Shown: positions 11,151 through 22,889 of the stretch, one piece after another
How the letters are laid out: each line of letters begins with the position of its first letter
Numbering within the stretch: the first letter of the stretch is position 1
Source of the DNA: Epithemia pelagica
Lineage: Eukaryota; Protista; Bacillariophyta
Direction of reading: 5' to 3'
Length of the DNA: 64,000 bases
NCBI GenBank assembly: GCA_946965045.2
Contig: OX337232.1
Coordinates: 1,984,001-2,048,000, forward strand
The notes under the pieces: model-generated
Told to the model about the DNA's origin: nothing
Seen by the model: only the letters and a program-made list of their open reading frames with translations
The model's database searches: none
Translations under genes and position numbers: made by a program

Positions 11151-12249
11151 TATTACCTATCGACAGACCGAGAACTCACCCCCAAGGCCTTAGACACAAA
11201 CTCACAAACACCACGAGGCCCATCTTGGTGTGGTTGTAACAACACCCATGCACCCACCGAAGTCCACCCGCGTTGTCCATCCTGTCTCTACCAATCCAAG
11301 GGACACTCCTGGCGCTGCAATTGCTGGAGCGGCCCGTCCGATCGCTCCAAGCGCTCAGTACCACTACGGTGCAAACCCAACCAACAACAATCAAACAGAT
11401 AACCCTTTGTCTGAACGTGGTATGGATCCTTTGCCTCTTTTCAAGTACCTCCCATGATCAATTACCCCTCCTCTATATACCTGGTGACTCTCAGTCTTGT
11501 TGCAAGACTTTCTGAATCCACAATTTATGGATTTGTGCTGTGAGAGACGAAATCAGGAAATGGGCTCTCATGGCCATGCCATGAAGGTGAAAGCAGCCAA
11601 CTATAGAAGTTCTTATTAAGGACCAAGAATCAAGGAAGGCATTTCTCTATGTGACAAATGCTGTTTTTCAGAATTCCGTAGTTATCAAAGGCTAATCTAG
11701 ATCTATTCAATGGAATCCAATTTGATTTCAAAAAACATGATCCACAAGAGAACGAGAACACCAGGACATAGCATCATAACGCATCAGGTGGTGGGTAGTG
11801 CCATCAATGTGTTAGGTGCCATGTTTGGACAATGATTGGTTGTGCTACGTGTTGGTGACAGGTTCGCCAGTTGGTTTTGCCGCGATTGTCGTTGTAACAC
11901 CACCCATGGCCCCTCCCAATCAGATCCGCTTTTTTCCTGCTGTCTCCCACCTACCAAGGGACACTCCTGGCCGTGATAACAACCCAAGGGACACTTCCAG
12001 TCGTCATATTCGCGAGTAAGACACAGCGGACCATCGTAGGGGCCGTCTCCGGTGCGGAAGGTTGCGTCGGCACAATCGTAGAGACGGAATGGGAGGAGGA
12101 ACTGCTGGGGTGATGGGATTGCGGGTTATTGGTGGGGTTTGCCACAGACGTTGTTGTGTTGGCATGGCCTTCACTGACAGGCCAGAGATAAAGGGATTTG
12201 GGTGGAGACGATTGTGTTCCATATTGCAGAGAGCCCGAAGCTGGGAGGA

Positions 12250-14243
12250 TATTTTGTTCATACTTGTTGTTTTGTGATTGCTCAAGTTAACAAACTTGGA
12301 GGCGAGCGCAAAGACGCCATTCCAGGAATCAAACCTTTACACTGGTCGGCAACGGACTGTGGCAGTCGTACTTTGAACACATTTCGCACTTTCCCTTTGA
12401 AGACACATCGTGTCGCGACAAGCCCGTGGTGCAGTTCACGCGCGTCCATGTCCATCCGCAAGTACCGTTGTTCCGAATTAACGGTGCGTGGTTGCGGCTT
12501 CCAAGGCTCGCCGCCGGCCTTGTTGCCGCCGCCCACGATGACCGCAACGACCACAACTGGTGATGGTGATGGCAGCAGTGGTAGTACTTTGCACAATTGG
12601 CTTGATGTAACAATGTCAAACGAGTTGTCATCATAGGGTATCCTTGTGTCCACATTCAGGTCGGCTTGGTTGTAACCACCAGTGGCCTTGGTCTCCACCG
12701 TTGTGTTTCTAGAAGCGGGTCACCCTCAACAGAGCATTTTCCCTGCAAGTCTTGTTCGAGCTAGATGGAACAACTCACGAGAAGATGAGTTGAATAGAAA
12801 GATATCCAACCACTCGACTTTGGGCGATGTTGACAGCCGTCCTCATCGGATTCTGCACCTTGGCCTGAAAAAAGTGGGGACGACCTTTCTCCAGTCGTCG
12901 CTCTCGACCTCCAATCATCTTAAAAGGGAGCTCGAGGGTTGTTGAGAGGTAATCAATAAAAGCCAGCATAGTGTGTTACGTCATGGGATTGGTGATTTGG
13001 AGGGTTGAATGACATTAAGTGGTTCGGGGGTGCTTAGGAACGCGAAACTCGGGCGGATAGAAATCGCTGTAGACAGCGTCCAATTTTCGATGTTCGAGTT
13101 GGTTCCACAGCCCATCAAAGTCGTCTATTTCCGTCTCATCCGTGGCAAGTAAGGCAATTGCCTCACGGTTTGCAAATCGTGCCGCGCAAGACAAGTTGTA
13201 GCTCCCATAGGTCGAATATTGCTGTGTTATAACCCTTTTGTCGTGCATAGAAGAGTATCTGCTGCACGGTGGTGAGGTGGTATCCGCAACTCTCACTTGT
13301 AGCCTTGCGTAAAACACGTCCCAGCTATGATATCTTTCAAAGCGCCGTAGAAACTCTTGAATCTTGCTTATCGTGTATTGATCGGGGTTGATGATTACCT
13401 TAATGATCTTTTGGTTGGCATGATGAATTATTAAATCCAGCGCCATTGGGTCCGTCAGGGAATAGCAGAAAATACGAATTGTCGAATCAGGCGCAGCGTA
13501 ATGCAGAAGGCTGGCAATAGCACGAAGCGGATGATTTGCCGGAACATTGGCAGGTGCTCTGTCCCATGCACGAGGCACGGTTAAAAACTTCTTCGTCGCG
13601 GATGTGTCGACGGGGGTATGGAAACTCTTCATTCGCTGGTCAAACCATCCTGACCCCTTTTCCTCTTCAGGTATCGCATCGTAGTAGGCTTGCAATTCCG
13701 CGTCCAACCCAGCCTCCGCCTCAACGATGCGGTGTTTTTCCGGATCATCCGCCGCATCGTCGAGGCCATACTCCCATTGACTGTGAGGATCGCTATTGTT
13801 GTTGTTGGTGGTGTTGTTGTTGTTGGTGCCCGACGTTGTGGCACGGATCCAAGACAAGAATCGTGGGTGCCGCTGCCAACGATTGGTTGGTCGACGACAA
13901 TGACTAGTCATTGTCATCATCGCGGGGCCACCAGGCCGGAAACAAGAGCGAATCATGGTACCATTGGACTTCTCTTTGTCAGCGGTTTTGTTGATTGAGT
14001 ACGGGGTCCGGGGGACGAAAAATTCCACCACGATAGATAATACTACGCTGTCACGGTGGAATTTTTCGTCCCCCGGAGCCCATATGTTTTTTTTTTCAAC
14101 TGTAAATTTTTTTTGCTATGCGTAGATTAGAACACTATAGTGGTTACTCCTAGGCGGTAGGAAGGCCCAGGAGTGGTGAAGTTCGGTGTCGGGGAAAAAG
14201 TCCGAGAGCGACCGAGAGGAGTAGGAAGGAGTTATTGGTACAC
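12250..14243. repeat. PLD block copy A (direct repeat of 35130-36800)
   Basis: Near-identical colinear sequence from TTTTGTGATTGCTCAAG to GAAGGAGTTA. Copy A has two extra segments, at about 13790-13965 and 13986-14100. Confidence 0.92.
13015..13956 (-). CDS. PLD-superfamily (Nuc/Zucchini/PLD6-like) putative nuclease, copy A
   Basis: STIRIFCYSLTDPMALDLIIHHANQKIIKVIINPD and SMHDKRVITQQYSTYGSYNLSCAARFANRE fit a single HKD-type (HxK...GSxN...N.E) domain. Intronless. Confidence 0.75.
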   Translation of the reverse strand: MIRSCFRPGGPAMMTMTSHCRRPTNRWQRHPRFLSWIRATTSGTNNNNTTNNNNSDPHSQWEYGLDDAADDPEKHRIVEAEAGLDAELQAYYDAIPEEEKGSGWFDQRMKSFHTPVDTSATKKFLTVPRAWDRAPANVPANHPLRAIASLLHYAAPDSTIRIFCYSLTDPMALDLIIHHANQKIIKVIINPDQYTISKIQEFLRRFERYHSWDVFYARLQVRVADTTSPPCSRYSSMHDKRVITQQYSTYGSYNLSCAARFANREAIALLATDETEIDDFDGLWNQLEHRKLDAVYSDFYPPEFRVPKHPRTT

Positions 14244-14612
14244 CCGTTACCCCCCAGCGGGGAAGTTTCGGAGGGAGTTATTTCGTTGAAACTTGAAACC
14301 CCCCCTTCTCTGTTCGCGGTAGAGTGCGGCTGACTGGCTGGCCGCCAGCCAGCTGTGAAAAAACCCCTCACAATTCACAATACACAAACACCAAAAAATA
14401 TGGGGCCTCAGAAATACATGGCAGATACATGATTGGGTTAGAAATTTCACAAGACATAGACAAGACAGCAAAATACTTAACGAAAAATCAGACCAGACAT
14501 GTCTTCTCTTACCTGTAGACATCGCGCGCCACGCGCAAAAAGCTACGGAATCCTGCCGACTTCCCCACGAAAAAGATGAAAACGACGAGGAGTTCCGCTC
14601 CAACACGATTCC

Positions 14613-17600
14613 ATGCCAATGAGACCGGTCGCGGTTTCCATGGCCCAGGACATGGACAATGGTGTCCATGTTTCTGGAAGGACAATGGACAGAGAGACGA
14701 TGACTGGCACGGAGGATGACTCTCCACCACCTCCAGCACCAAGGGTGGTGCTGCACAACCCATACAAAAGGAAACCCAGTGACCAGGAGGGCATGGGTTG
14801 CCAAAGCCAACGACGAAACAACCAAACAAAACGGGCAAAATCGTTAGCACAACACCAAACAAAGTCAACAAAGAAGAAGAAGGAAGCAAGAAGACTGAAC
14901 CAACTCACCCTGGAGAAGAAGAAGGCATTTGAGGAAGACAGGGACTGCAGAATCTGTTCTGCCAAGCGTCTGGGCATCAAACCCCCCAAACCATCTCACC
15001 ACGAGTTTTGCACCAAGAACACAAAGACCAAGGGCATCCCTGATCATCTGGTGGAAGCATTGAGAGAGGAAGAAAGGCTGAAGAAGGAGGCAACAAGGAA
15101 GGTGATCTTCAAGCCCATCATCATGAGTCAAGAGGAATTCAACCTCTTCTTCCAACTCAACAACAAAACAGTATGTGAGGCTTCAAACGAAGCCACAACC
15201 ATAACGGCGGCGGATATCGAGCTTTCAAAAAAACGGGGAGGAAGAAAGAACTGTGTTGCGCGCACGACATCACTGATCAATAATAAAGTCGTGTCTTCGG
15301 TTGGGTCGGCGGACTATGTATTCATGCGATCGGTACTCGACAAGTACAAGGAAGTCGCGCCGGACACCTCGATTTCCTGTCCGAAGATGGTTTACACGCT
15401 GGCCAAGACGATCGCTGAAAACTGTTTAGAGAAGAAGCGTGACCTGTCGTCACTTAAGGCGTACATGCGCAACATGGAGTTCTGTGTGCCGGACGTGCGC
15501 GACAACAACAATGCCCTCTGGGACTCAATAGTAGGACAGAAATTGTACATTGTGGATTGGGGGCTGTTCCTTCCGGAAGAATTTCAAGCGTTGGGGATTA
15601 AGTGTCCAAAGTGTAAGGACTGTACACTAAAAAGAGACAGGACCAACCTTTCCAAGACCAAGAGCATATTTCCGATTTTTAATCTTGGTGGTGCTCCCCA
15701 CTACGCCCTGGTCACCAACTACTACTGCCCGGAATGCAAGGTCACGCACGCCGGTAATGATGGGGCGCTGATCAATATGCTGCCCTCACATTTTCAAAAA
15801 TGGTACCCGGTCGAGGCCAAGTGGGCTAGAGGTGCTCAACATCTAGACCTCACTGCTACAACTGTTTTTGAGGAACTACTGATTACCCATGGGAATGGAG
15901 ATCTATGTAGTCGGTTGCTATACAGTGCAATCAACCAAGATTACAGGAAGAGACTTACAAGCTACCTATCTTTCTGTGATTCGACGCACCAAAAGGCTCA
16001 GGACTACCCGAAGAAGGATGGCGAATGGCTGACACGGTTTCCACCATTGGGCGAGACAATTCGGAAGGCATACCTTGAAGCCTCAACGTCTACGTGGAAT
16101 CCGTGGCGAACAAGCGATAAGGAGCGACACACACGCGAAATACAAGCGGTACAGTGTCAGATATGCTTCGCACAAGACCACACTCACCAGGTGGTAAAGA
16201 ACTACCCGAAGAGACTGCAAGCCGAAGCACTGTGGGATATCTGCAATGAACATGGCGAGGTAGCGTTGGCTATTCTGGTTAGAAGCACGGAGACAAAACA
16301 CTTCGCCCATGCATTAATTCAACTCACCAAGCGACCAAATTTTAAACCCTCAATCATGTATTCCGACACCTGGCCCCATAAGCAAAGCTTCTGGGAGGAA
16401 TTGTTGCGTGACAAGAATGGAAGGAAGCTCAAGGGAAGATTAGGACTCTTCCATTTCATTCAGAGGATCGTCAAGACACTACGAAAGAACCACATCGACT
16501 TCGGACACGCAATTAGAGATTTGTTGGATGCATTGTACGACTATGATGATCGCGACTTCAACAAACTTGTGACGGCTCTGAAAGATGGCACAATGTCAAG
16601 TACAGGTGAGAAACTGTCTGACAAAGAGATTGTTGAAATGCGACAGACAAAGCAGTTTCGGACACGATACGGCAAGCACTTACGGAAAAGAATCAGGCGG
16701 AAGGAAACAATCATCACCAAGCTTGAAGAATGGAAATGTAAATACAAGGTAACTGCGTCAGAGGGATCTGGAGCAGCAAGAGGACGAGTCGACCCAAGGA
16801 CGCAACAAACACTATTTACAATGGACACTCACCTTGCCATTGAGAACTGCAAGAAAAAGGCAGAATATCTCTCGGACCCGCTCCCTGTAAGTGAAATGTA
16901 TCGTGAGATCAAGCCAGGTCCAAATTCAAAACATGGGCTCAGCGAGTGGATTTCTTACCGGGGCGAGTCGAAGCTCGAATCATGGCATGACAATCTTGCA
17001 CACTTTGCAAATGGAGGAATGCACGAGGATCTCAGTGATGTCATCAACCTCACTGGAACGGCACGATATAACAAACAAATCCGGCTCAAAATCCGTTTAG
17101 CCTCGGCTTCAATGGAGGAGAGGAACACGGAAATGCCTGCAGCATGGGAAAGTGTTGTTAGTCACTTCAATCACCAGGAGCTTGCCTTCATCAACAAACT
17201 GGCAGTTTGTTGTGGAGCGAGCAAACCATTTGATTGGGTCGAAGACTTACCTCCTGACAATGGAGAACAATTCTTCTCCGAATACCTGCCGATACAAAAA
17301 CAGATACAACAAACATGGCCAGTGGCATTCCTCAGCAATGACCACTGCCCCTGCAACGAATGCAATGAACCAACAGAGGACTCAACAAACAATGAGACAA
17401 TGCTCGAATGTGACAACGACGACAACGACGACGAAATATCGAACCGCGAAGACTCGGACAATGGTAGCGACCAGGACATGGAAGACGATAAAGAACCAGA
17501 AGAACAGGAGGAGGAAAAAGAAGAAGACAGCAAGATGGAAGAGTGTGAGGCAAGTGCTCAAGAACAAGAACCAATCCAAGTGACTCGGCCTGTCGAACAG

Positions 17601-17987
17601 AACCAAATCAACGCAACAAGCACAACGAGAACACGAGTTACCACAAACCAGCAACAGCCAACAATGAGGGAGCAGCCCAGTCTTCCACCACCACCGCCAC
17701 CACCACAACAACAACAACAACCACCGTTGGCACCATCATCGATGCCCAATATTTACCAGGTACAACAGCAGCTCTTGCAACAAGCAGCTTTTCTCTCGAC
17801 AATCTTGTGCCCGGCCGTTGGGAATCTTCATCAGCCACATCAACCGCCTGTTGCCCCGGCTCAAATGCAGCCAACACAGAACTGTTGCATTCGCAACATC
17901 CAATATTGGAATCGGGAAAACCGTAGAGGCATTCCACCACACGACAAATCATGCCGAAACCATCAGAGTAACCGACCACCATTTTAA
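14613..17987 (+). CDS. large DUF6729-like putative DDE transposase (1124 aa)
   Basis: N-terminal C2HC and CPKC...CPEC Zn motifs. Candidate catalytic motifs FAQDHTH, MYSDTWP, RLGLFHFIQR and GESKLESWH, a Mutator/ISL3-like arrangement. Acidic and Q/P-rich tail. Intronless and intact. Confidence 0.6.
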   Translation: MPMRPVAVSMAQDMDNGVHVSGRTMDRETMTGTEDDSPPPPAPRVVLHNPYKRKPSDQEGMGCQSQRRNNQTKRAKSLAQHQTKSTKKKKEARRLNQLTLEKKKAFEEDRDCRICSAKRLGIKPPKPSHHEFCTKNTKTKGIPDHLVEALREEERLKKEATRKVIFKPIIMSQEEFNLFFQLNNKTVCEASNEATTITAADIELSKKRGGRKNCVARTTSLINNKVVSSVGSADYVFMRSVLDKYKEVAPDTSISCPKMVYTLAKTIAENCLEKKRDLSSLKAYMRNMEFCVPDVRDNNNALWDSIVGQKLYIVDWGLFLPEEFQALGIKCPKCKDCTLKRDRTNLSKTKSIFPIFNLGGAPHYALVTNYYCPECKVTHAGNDGALINMLPSHFQKWYPVEAKWARGAQHLDLTATTVFEELLITHGNGDLCSRLLYSAINQDYRKRLTSYLSFCDSTHQKAQDYPKKDGEWLTRFPPLGETIRKAYLEASTSTWNPWRTSDKERHTREIQAVQCQICFAQDHTHQVVKNYPKRLQAEALWDICNEHGEVALAILVRSTETKHFAHALIQLTKRPNFKPSIMYSDTWPHKQSFWEELLRDKNGRKLKGRLGLFHFIQRIVKTLRKNHIDFGHAIRDLLDALYDYDDRDFNKLVTALKDGTMSSTGEKLSDKEIVEMRQTKQFRTRYGKHLRKRIRRKETIITKLEEWKCKYKVTASEGSGAARGRVDPRTQQTLFTMDTHLAIENCKKKAEYLSDPLPVSEMYREIKPGPNSKHGLSEWISYRGESKLESWHDNLAHFANGGMHEDLSDVINLTGTARYNKQIRLKIRLASASMEERNTEMPAAWESVVSHFNHQELAFINKLAVCCGASKPFDWVEDLPPDNGEQFFSEYLPIQKQIQQTWPVAFLSNDHCPCNECNEPTEDSTNNETMLECDNDDNDDEISNREDSDNGSDQDMEDDKEPEEQEEEKEEDSKMEECEASAQEQEPIQVTRPVEQNQINATSTTRTRVTTNQQQPTMREQPSLPPPPPPPQQQQQPPLAPSSMPNIYQVQQQLLQQAAFLSTILCPAVGNLHQPHQPPVAPAQMQPTQNCCIRNIQYWNRENRRGIPPHDKSCRNHQSNRPPF

Positions 17988-18682
17988 AAAAGAAAAATGT
18001 TAGAACAACCAATTCGATCAATGGAATATCAGTGCACCTGGCTGGGACAACGTACCATGGTGCTGTACACGCAAGAAATAGCAAAATAAGAATTAACGAT
18101 ACGAACAACAACAGCAGTGAGAAAACCATCGTCCAAGAAATAATGAGCTAGAGGAAAATGAGCAACCACTTCCGAAATCCTGCCGTAGCTAGGCTTACCT
18201 TGTACCAGTGGTACGACACTTCTACGCACTCTTTTGTGGTGAATGCTAATATCTTCGCTGGAGAAGCAATCGGGCATATGTGAGTATGACACTGTTTACC
18301 TTAAGCAAAAGACAGTCGCTTCAGGCACTTACCGTGGACTCTTACGCACTGTGGTAGTGGGGATCTGCCAAATCCCCTCCTTCCTGCTTCGTGGTCCACC
18401 ACGCACTCACCACACATTGCACACAGGGGCAGAAACAGTGACAAAGACAACAGCCAATTAGATCACATTCTGATAGCGGCAATCGCACGTTCTCGACGAA
18501 GGGAATCTTACCATAATTTCTTCCTTCTTTTTCTTTTTTCCTTTTCTTCTTCTTTTTTTCTCCTTCTTTTTTCCCCTCTTCTTCTGCCAGATCCCCCTAT
18601 ATTTTCATTCCGACAATTGAGCCAGTCTCATTCTTTTCTCTGCCGTCGCGAGAGACCGTTTGGAATAGATATAAGATTAACC

Positions 18683-20765
18683 ATGGCAGTCCCCGGCGCT
18701 TCGGAGACGCCTCCTGCCCCTGCAACGGACTACAAATCCCGTTACAAGAACCAGCCTGATGCCTTCAACGGACAGTACACCTCGTTGTACACGCCGTACA
18801 ACGTGGCCAACGGACTTCAACCCGAGGACCTTTTCGAAACGGTGGTATCTTCCCCCCAAAACATTCCCAAGGTCTTCCTTGCTCAAGTGGAGATCGACAA
18901 CGAATACAGAGTGATCGCAGTCCACCGACCTTCGCGCTACGAGCAAGACCTCACTCATCCCTCACAGCTATGGGCAGACAAGGTCTTCGCCTTCCTGGGC
19001 GACATTCGCACTGGGAGCAACTTCATCCGAACTGTCACATTTCCCGAGGAAGCATTCAAGATCACCAAATCCCAACGTGTTACCGTGCATGCCAACATGA
19101 ACGCCAAGTGGAATCAGGACGCCAACGTCGACATCCTGGAATTCGTCCCAACCAATGAAGCTGGCTCCTCCTCCATTGCCACCTGTTTCCTCACCCCAGT
19201 GCCATGGGCGTACGTTCCGCTCGTTTTTGGGAAGGTCATGTCAACCCGTGAAGCCTGGTCCATCCTAACTACGGCCCTCGTTCAGGACTCACACCAGGAT
19301 GCATGCCTACCACTGGTCGATTGGCTTCGCGTCGCCTCCTTCCGCCGCCAGAAAGGCGCGGCACCAGCTACCAACTTGGGACCCATGGACGTCGCATTTC
19401 CTACCGTTTCGGCTGATGAACAATTCGACCGCCACCGTTGGAACATCCTCACTCGTGACCTTCCAGCTCTAAACGGCAACATCACTCCCACAGGTGCAAA
19501 TGGCGGCATCTCCCAACAGCAGTTCGTCCAGTTCCTTAGTTCGATGCGAACCGACCGGGCAGCTGAGCGCGCCCAGGACGAGGCTCGTCGTCAAGCTGAG
19601 AAGCAGGACAAACTTCCATCCGCCACAAAATACAAGATGGTCGCCGGCGAGTGGATGACCTTCTCCTCGGTCACCAACGAAGCTGACCTCCCACCAGTGT
19701 ACCTACAACTGGTCAACAGCGACAAAGGTGAACACCTCACAGTGCTTCGCAACGCGATGAAAGAACGGGCTCGGCAATCGGATGCCGCCACTGATCACAC
19801 CCCCATAATCTCCAAAGAAACAAAAGAGATGGTCATGACGGCACGCTACGGCGTCGAACCTCATCACCAAGCACACGACCTCACCTCGGGCTTGCAACCC
19901 AGCTCAGCAAAGCAGTCAACTTACGTGCTACGAGCTACGAGACAATGCTGCAAGGCCTGGCCGCCCCTACCCTAGGCGAGCAAGCAACCTTCAGCACCAA
20001 AGAAATCCGAATCCCACAGGACCCTTTTGTCGCCGGCATGATGTTGTTCTCGACAAGCATCCAACTGGATGTCCTCCAAGGAAAAGGCCATCCCTGCGCA
20101 ACCGCCTTCCGTTACTTCTGCACAAAGCAATGGTCGTCCATCGCCACGACACTGCACCTTTCTTCTCGTTACAACCCGGCCTTGGGCAAAACCGTGATCC
20201 CACGCATTCTCCGTTGGATACAAACTCACCTGGTGAGCTACTTCCACCGACTCGTGGCTGCCGACGGCGCTCTCCAACAATACTACCCTTGCCACCTTTT
20301 GCCGAACTCCACAGCATCATCACTCTGCAGCAGTTCAACCTTTTGCCCGAGCTCCCCGACACTTATCGCCTTGCCATCTCGTCCGACACCAACGTCGCCA
20401 CCGATCGCAAACAAGCCACAACCGACAACAAGGAGGCAACCAAACAACAACGCGATAGCACAGACAAATCGGAGAAATCCACCCGCACCACTGCTAATCG
20501 CGGCGGCGCAATGGTAACCAACCCCACAATTTCGACCGTCCTGAAACAAAAACTCGAATCCTCAACCAAGCGCATCCGGGACATTCACACTCATGCCCCC
20601 AACTCCACCGACGTGGACGCAAATGGTAACCCCGTCCCTATTTGCCTCAGCTATCACCTCCGCGGTCACTGCTACGCCAATTGCAACCGCGTCAAGACCC
20701 ATCGTCCGCTCGCCGACGCCGAGTCCGCCGCCTTGAGCACGATGGCCCAACAGCAGCTCGAATAG
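18683..20765 (+). pseudogene. gag-like ORF with C-terminal CCCH-type zinc finger, frameshifted
   Basis: The ORF from MAVPGAS is broken across three frames and ends in ICLSYHLRGHCYANCNRVKTHRPL. Confidence 0.7.
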
Positions 20766-20899
20766 GAAATCGGCCAAGATGTCCTCCTGCCAGCGCCGAA
20801 GCGTGTCTGTTTTGACGTCTCCAGGCCACCTAACAACCCTCCTGTTCCATCTGCTGCCGTCGACCACACCACTCCTCCCAAGCACACCGACACCTCAAG

Positions 20900-22860
20900 A
20901 CTAGATACATCCGCGGACCCCCCCCCCCTAGTGTCACGCATTCTGCATCGAGCTGCACCCGTTTTAGAGGATTTCTGCCGTGCCGGAGTCCCCATCCTTT
21001 CCACTGACCCCGAATGGTCAGTAAACATGTGTTCTATGGCTGCTGCCCGTGGATGCCACAAGAGCGCCCTCGAATTTGGTTCCTTCGTCCACGCCGATAT
21101 GGCCGACATGGTCACTCGGGGATACTCGGTTGTCCTCCCCTACCGTACCCCCGTTCGCCATCTTCCAAATTTGCGCATATCCCCCATCGGCTGTGTTCCC
21201 CAGCGCGATTCAGTGTCAACGCAACAACAGATAGATGCGCCTACCAAGAAGCCATGCAGTTCTGTGGCACATTGAAAAGACTACTACAACAGATCCTACT
21301 TGCAAAACCAGTGCACGGCCCGACCTTCGTTCTGAAGATAGACCTGTCTGACGGATTCTACCGAGTGCCACTCCGCCCATCCGATGTGCCTCGTCTGGGT
21401 GTCATCCTCCCACCATTGCCAACAACCAAGGAAGACATCATCGCTTTCCTACTCACCCTTCCGATGGGTTGGACGGAAAGTCCGCCGCAGTTCACCGCCT
21501 TTACCGAGACCATCTTACCACCGAAGTCGCATGGGATCCACCGCCCCACCCACTCGAACAGGCAGCGAGCACACAACCAGCCCTGGCCGAACCGATTCGC
21601 CCAGTCCTCAGCATTCCCTCTCCGTCCTATCTCCCTCGCGGCCCTTCACCACATCCAACCTCCGACATCTTGGCCTCACTCCCCAAACTGCCACCTAACC
21701 CACCGTCCCGTTTTGTCTCCTTCAACCATAACAAACCGCTCGCATACACAGACGTCTACCTCGATGACGAAATTATGCTTGCCCAAGGTTCGTGCACACG
21801 TCTCAACCGCTTGCGACGCACCTTGCTACACTGCAATGACCTTGTGTTCCGCCCCAACGATTCCGACGACTCTCGCCAAGGACGCCGCGAACCCATCTCC
21901 ACCAAAAAATTGTCACGTGGTGACGCCTGTTGGACAACTTTCAAGACCATTCTTGGCTGGAACGTCGACACACTCAAGAAAACGATCGAGCTGCCACCGC
22001 ACCGAAAGACAGAACTGCTCCTCTTGCTTAACGGGTTCCGCCATCGGCATACCGCCACCCTTTTGGAATGGCAAAAATTACTGGGCGAACTACGCAGCAT
22101 GGTCATCGCCATTCCCGGTGGTGCCGGTCTGTTTTGCCAGTTGCAAGCTGCCTTAACAGCCGCCGCTCCCATCGGCACAATCCACCTCACAAACGCCGTC
22201 CGAGACCAACTCAGTGACCTTTATGCCCTGGCTTCTGACCTTGTTCGTCGCCCAACGCGCATCGCCGAGATCGTACCGACTGCCCCCTCCTTCCTGGGCA
22301 CCTGTGACGCGTCTGCTCTGGCCATGGGTGGCACCTGCCTTCCTCCCCACCGCCCCTCCTCCACTACACCGCCTGTGCGGCCGACGGTGTGGCGTGTTCC
22401 CGTTCCTCGTTCGATTCGTGATAACCTCCAGACAGCTACTAACCCGGCCGGTAGCATCACCATCAATGACCTCAAACTAGCCGCGACAATACTCCAGGCT
22501 GACGTCGTGTCGCAACTTGCTGATGTGCGTGAATGCACCATTGCCACCGGATGCGACAATATCAGTGCAGTTTCTTGGAACCAACGTCAAAGCATCACCT
22601 CAACACGTGCCGCATCCTACCTCCTCCGTACCAACAGCCTCCATCAGCGGCAACATCGTTACCAACACATTGTTTCGTACCTCCCAGGGGAAAAATGTTA
22701 TGGCTGATGACACCTCGCGGCTGACCACTTATTCTGACACTGCCTTACTTTCCCATTTCAACCACGTTTTCCCACAGGCGCAACCTTGGCAGCTACTCCG
22801 CCCGCGCAACGACACGTTTTCTTCAGTGATCTCCGCGTTGCGAGGCTATCGGCATGGAAT
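20900..22860 (+). pseudogene. reverse transcriptase / RNase H of the YR retrotransposon, frameshifted
   Basis: LKIDLSDGFYRV, LPMGWTESPPQF, VYLDD, TCDASALAMGG, TINDLKLAA, DNISAVSW and PGEK/NVMADDTSR are spread over several frames. Confidence 0.88.
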
Positions 22861-22889
22861 TCCGTTACTACTCCACAACGTGCCTCCGC

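Noticed and set aside
11236-12000. Degenerate repeats of GTTGTAACA.CACCCATG and CCAAGGGACACTCCTGGC (about 11240-11312, 11890-11972, 11983)
   Set aside because: The duplication is real but short and decayed, and I could assign no ORF, termini or family.
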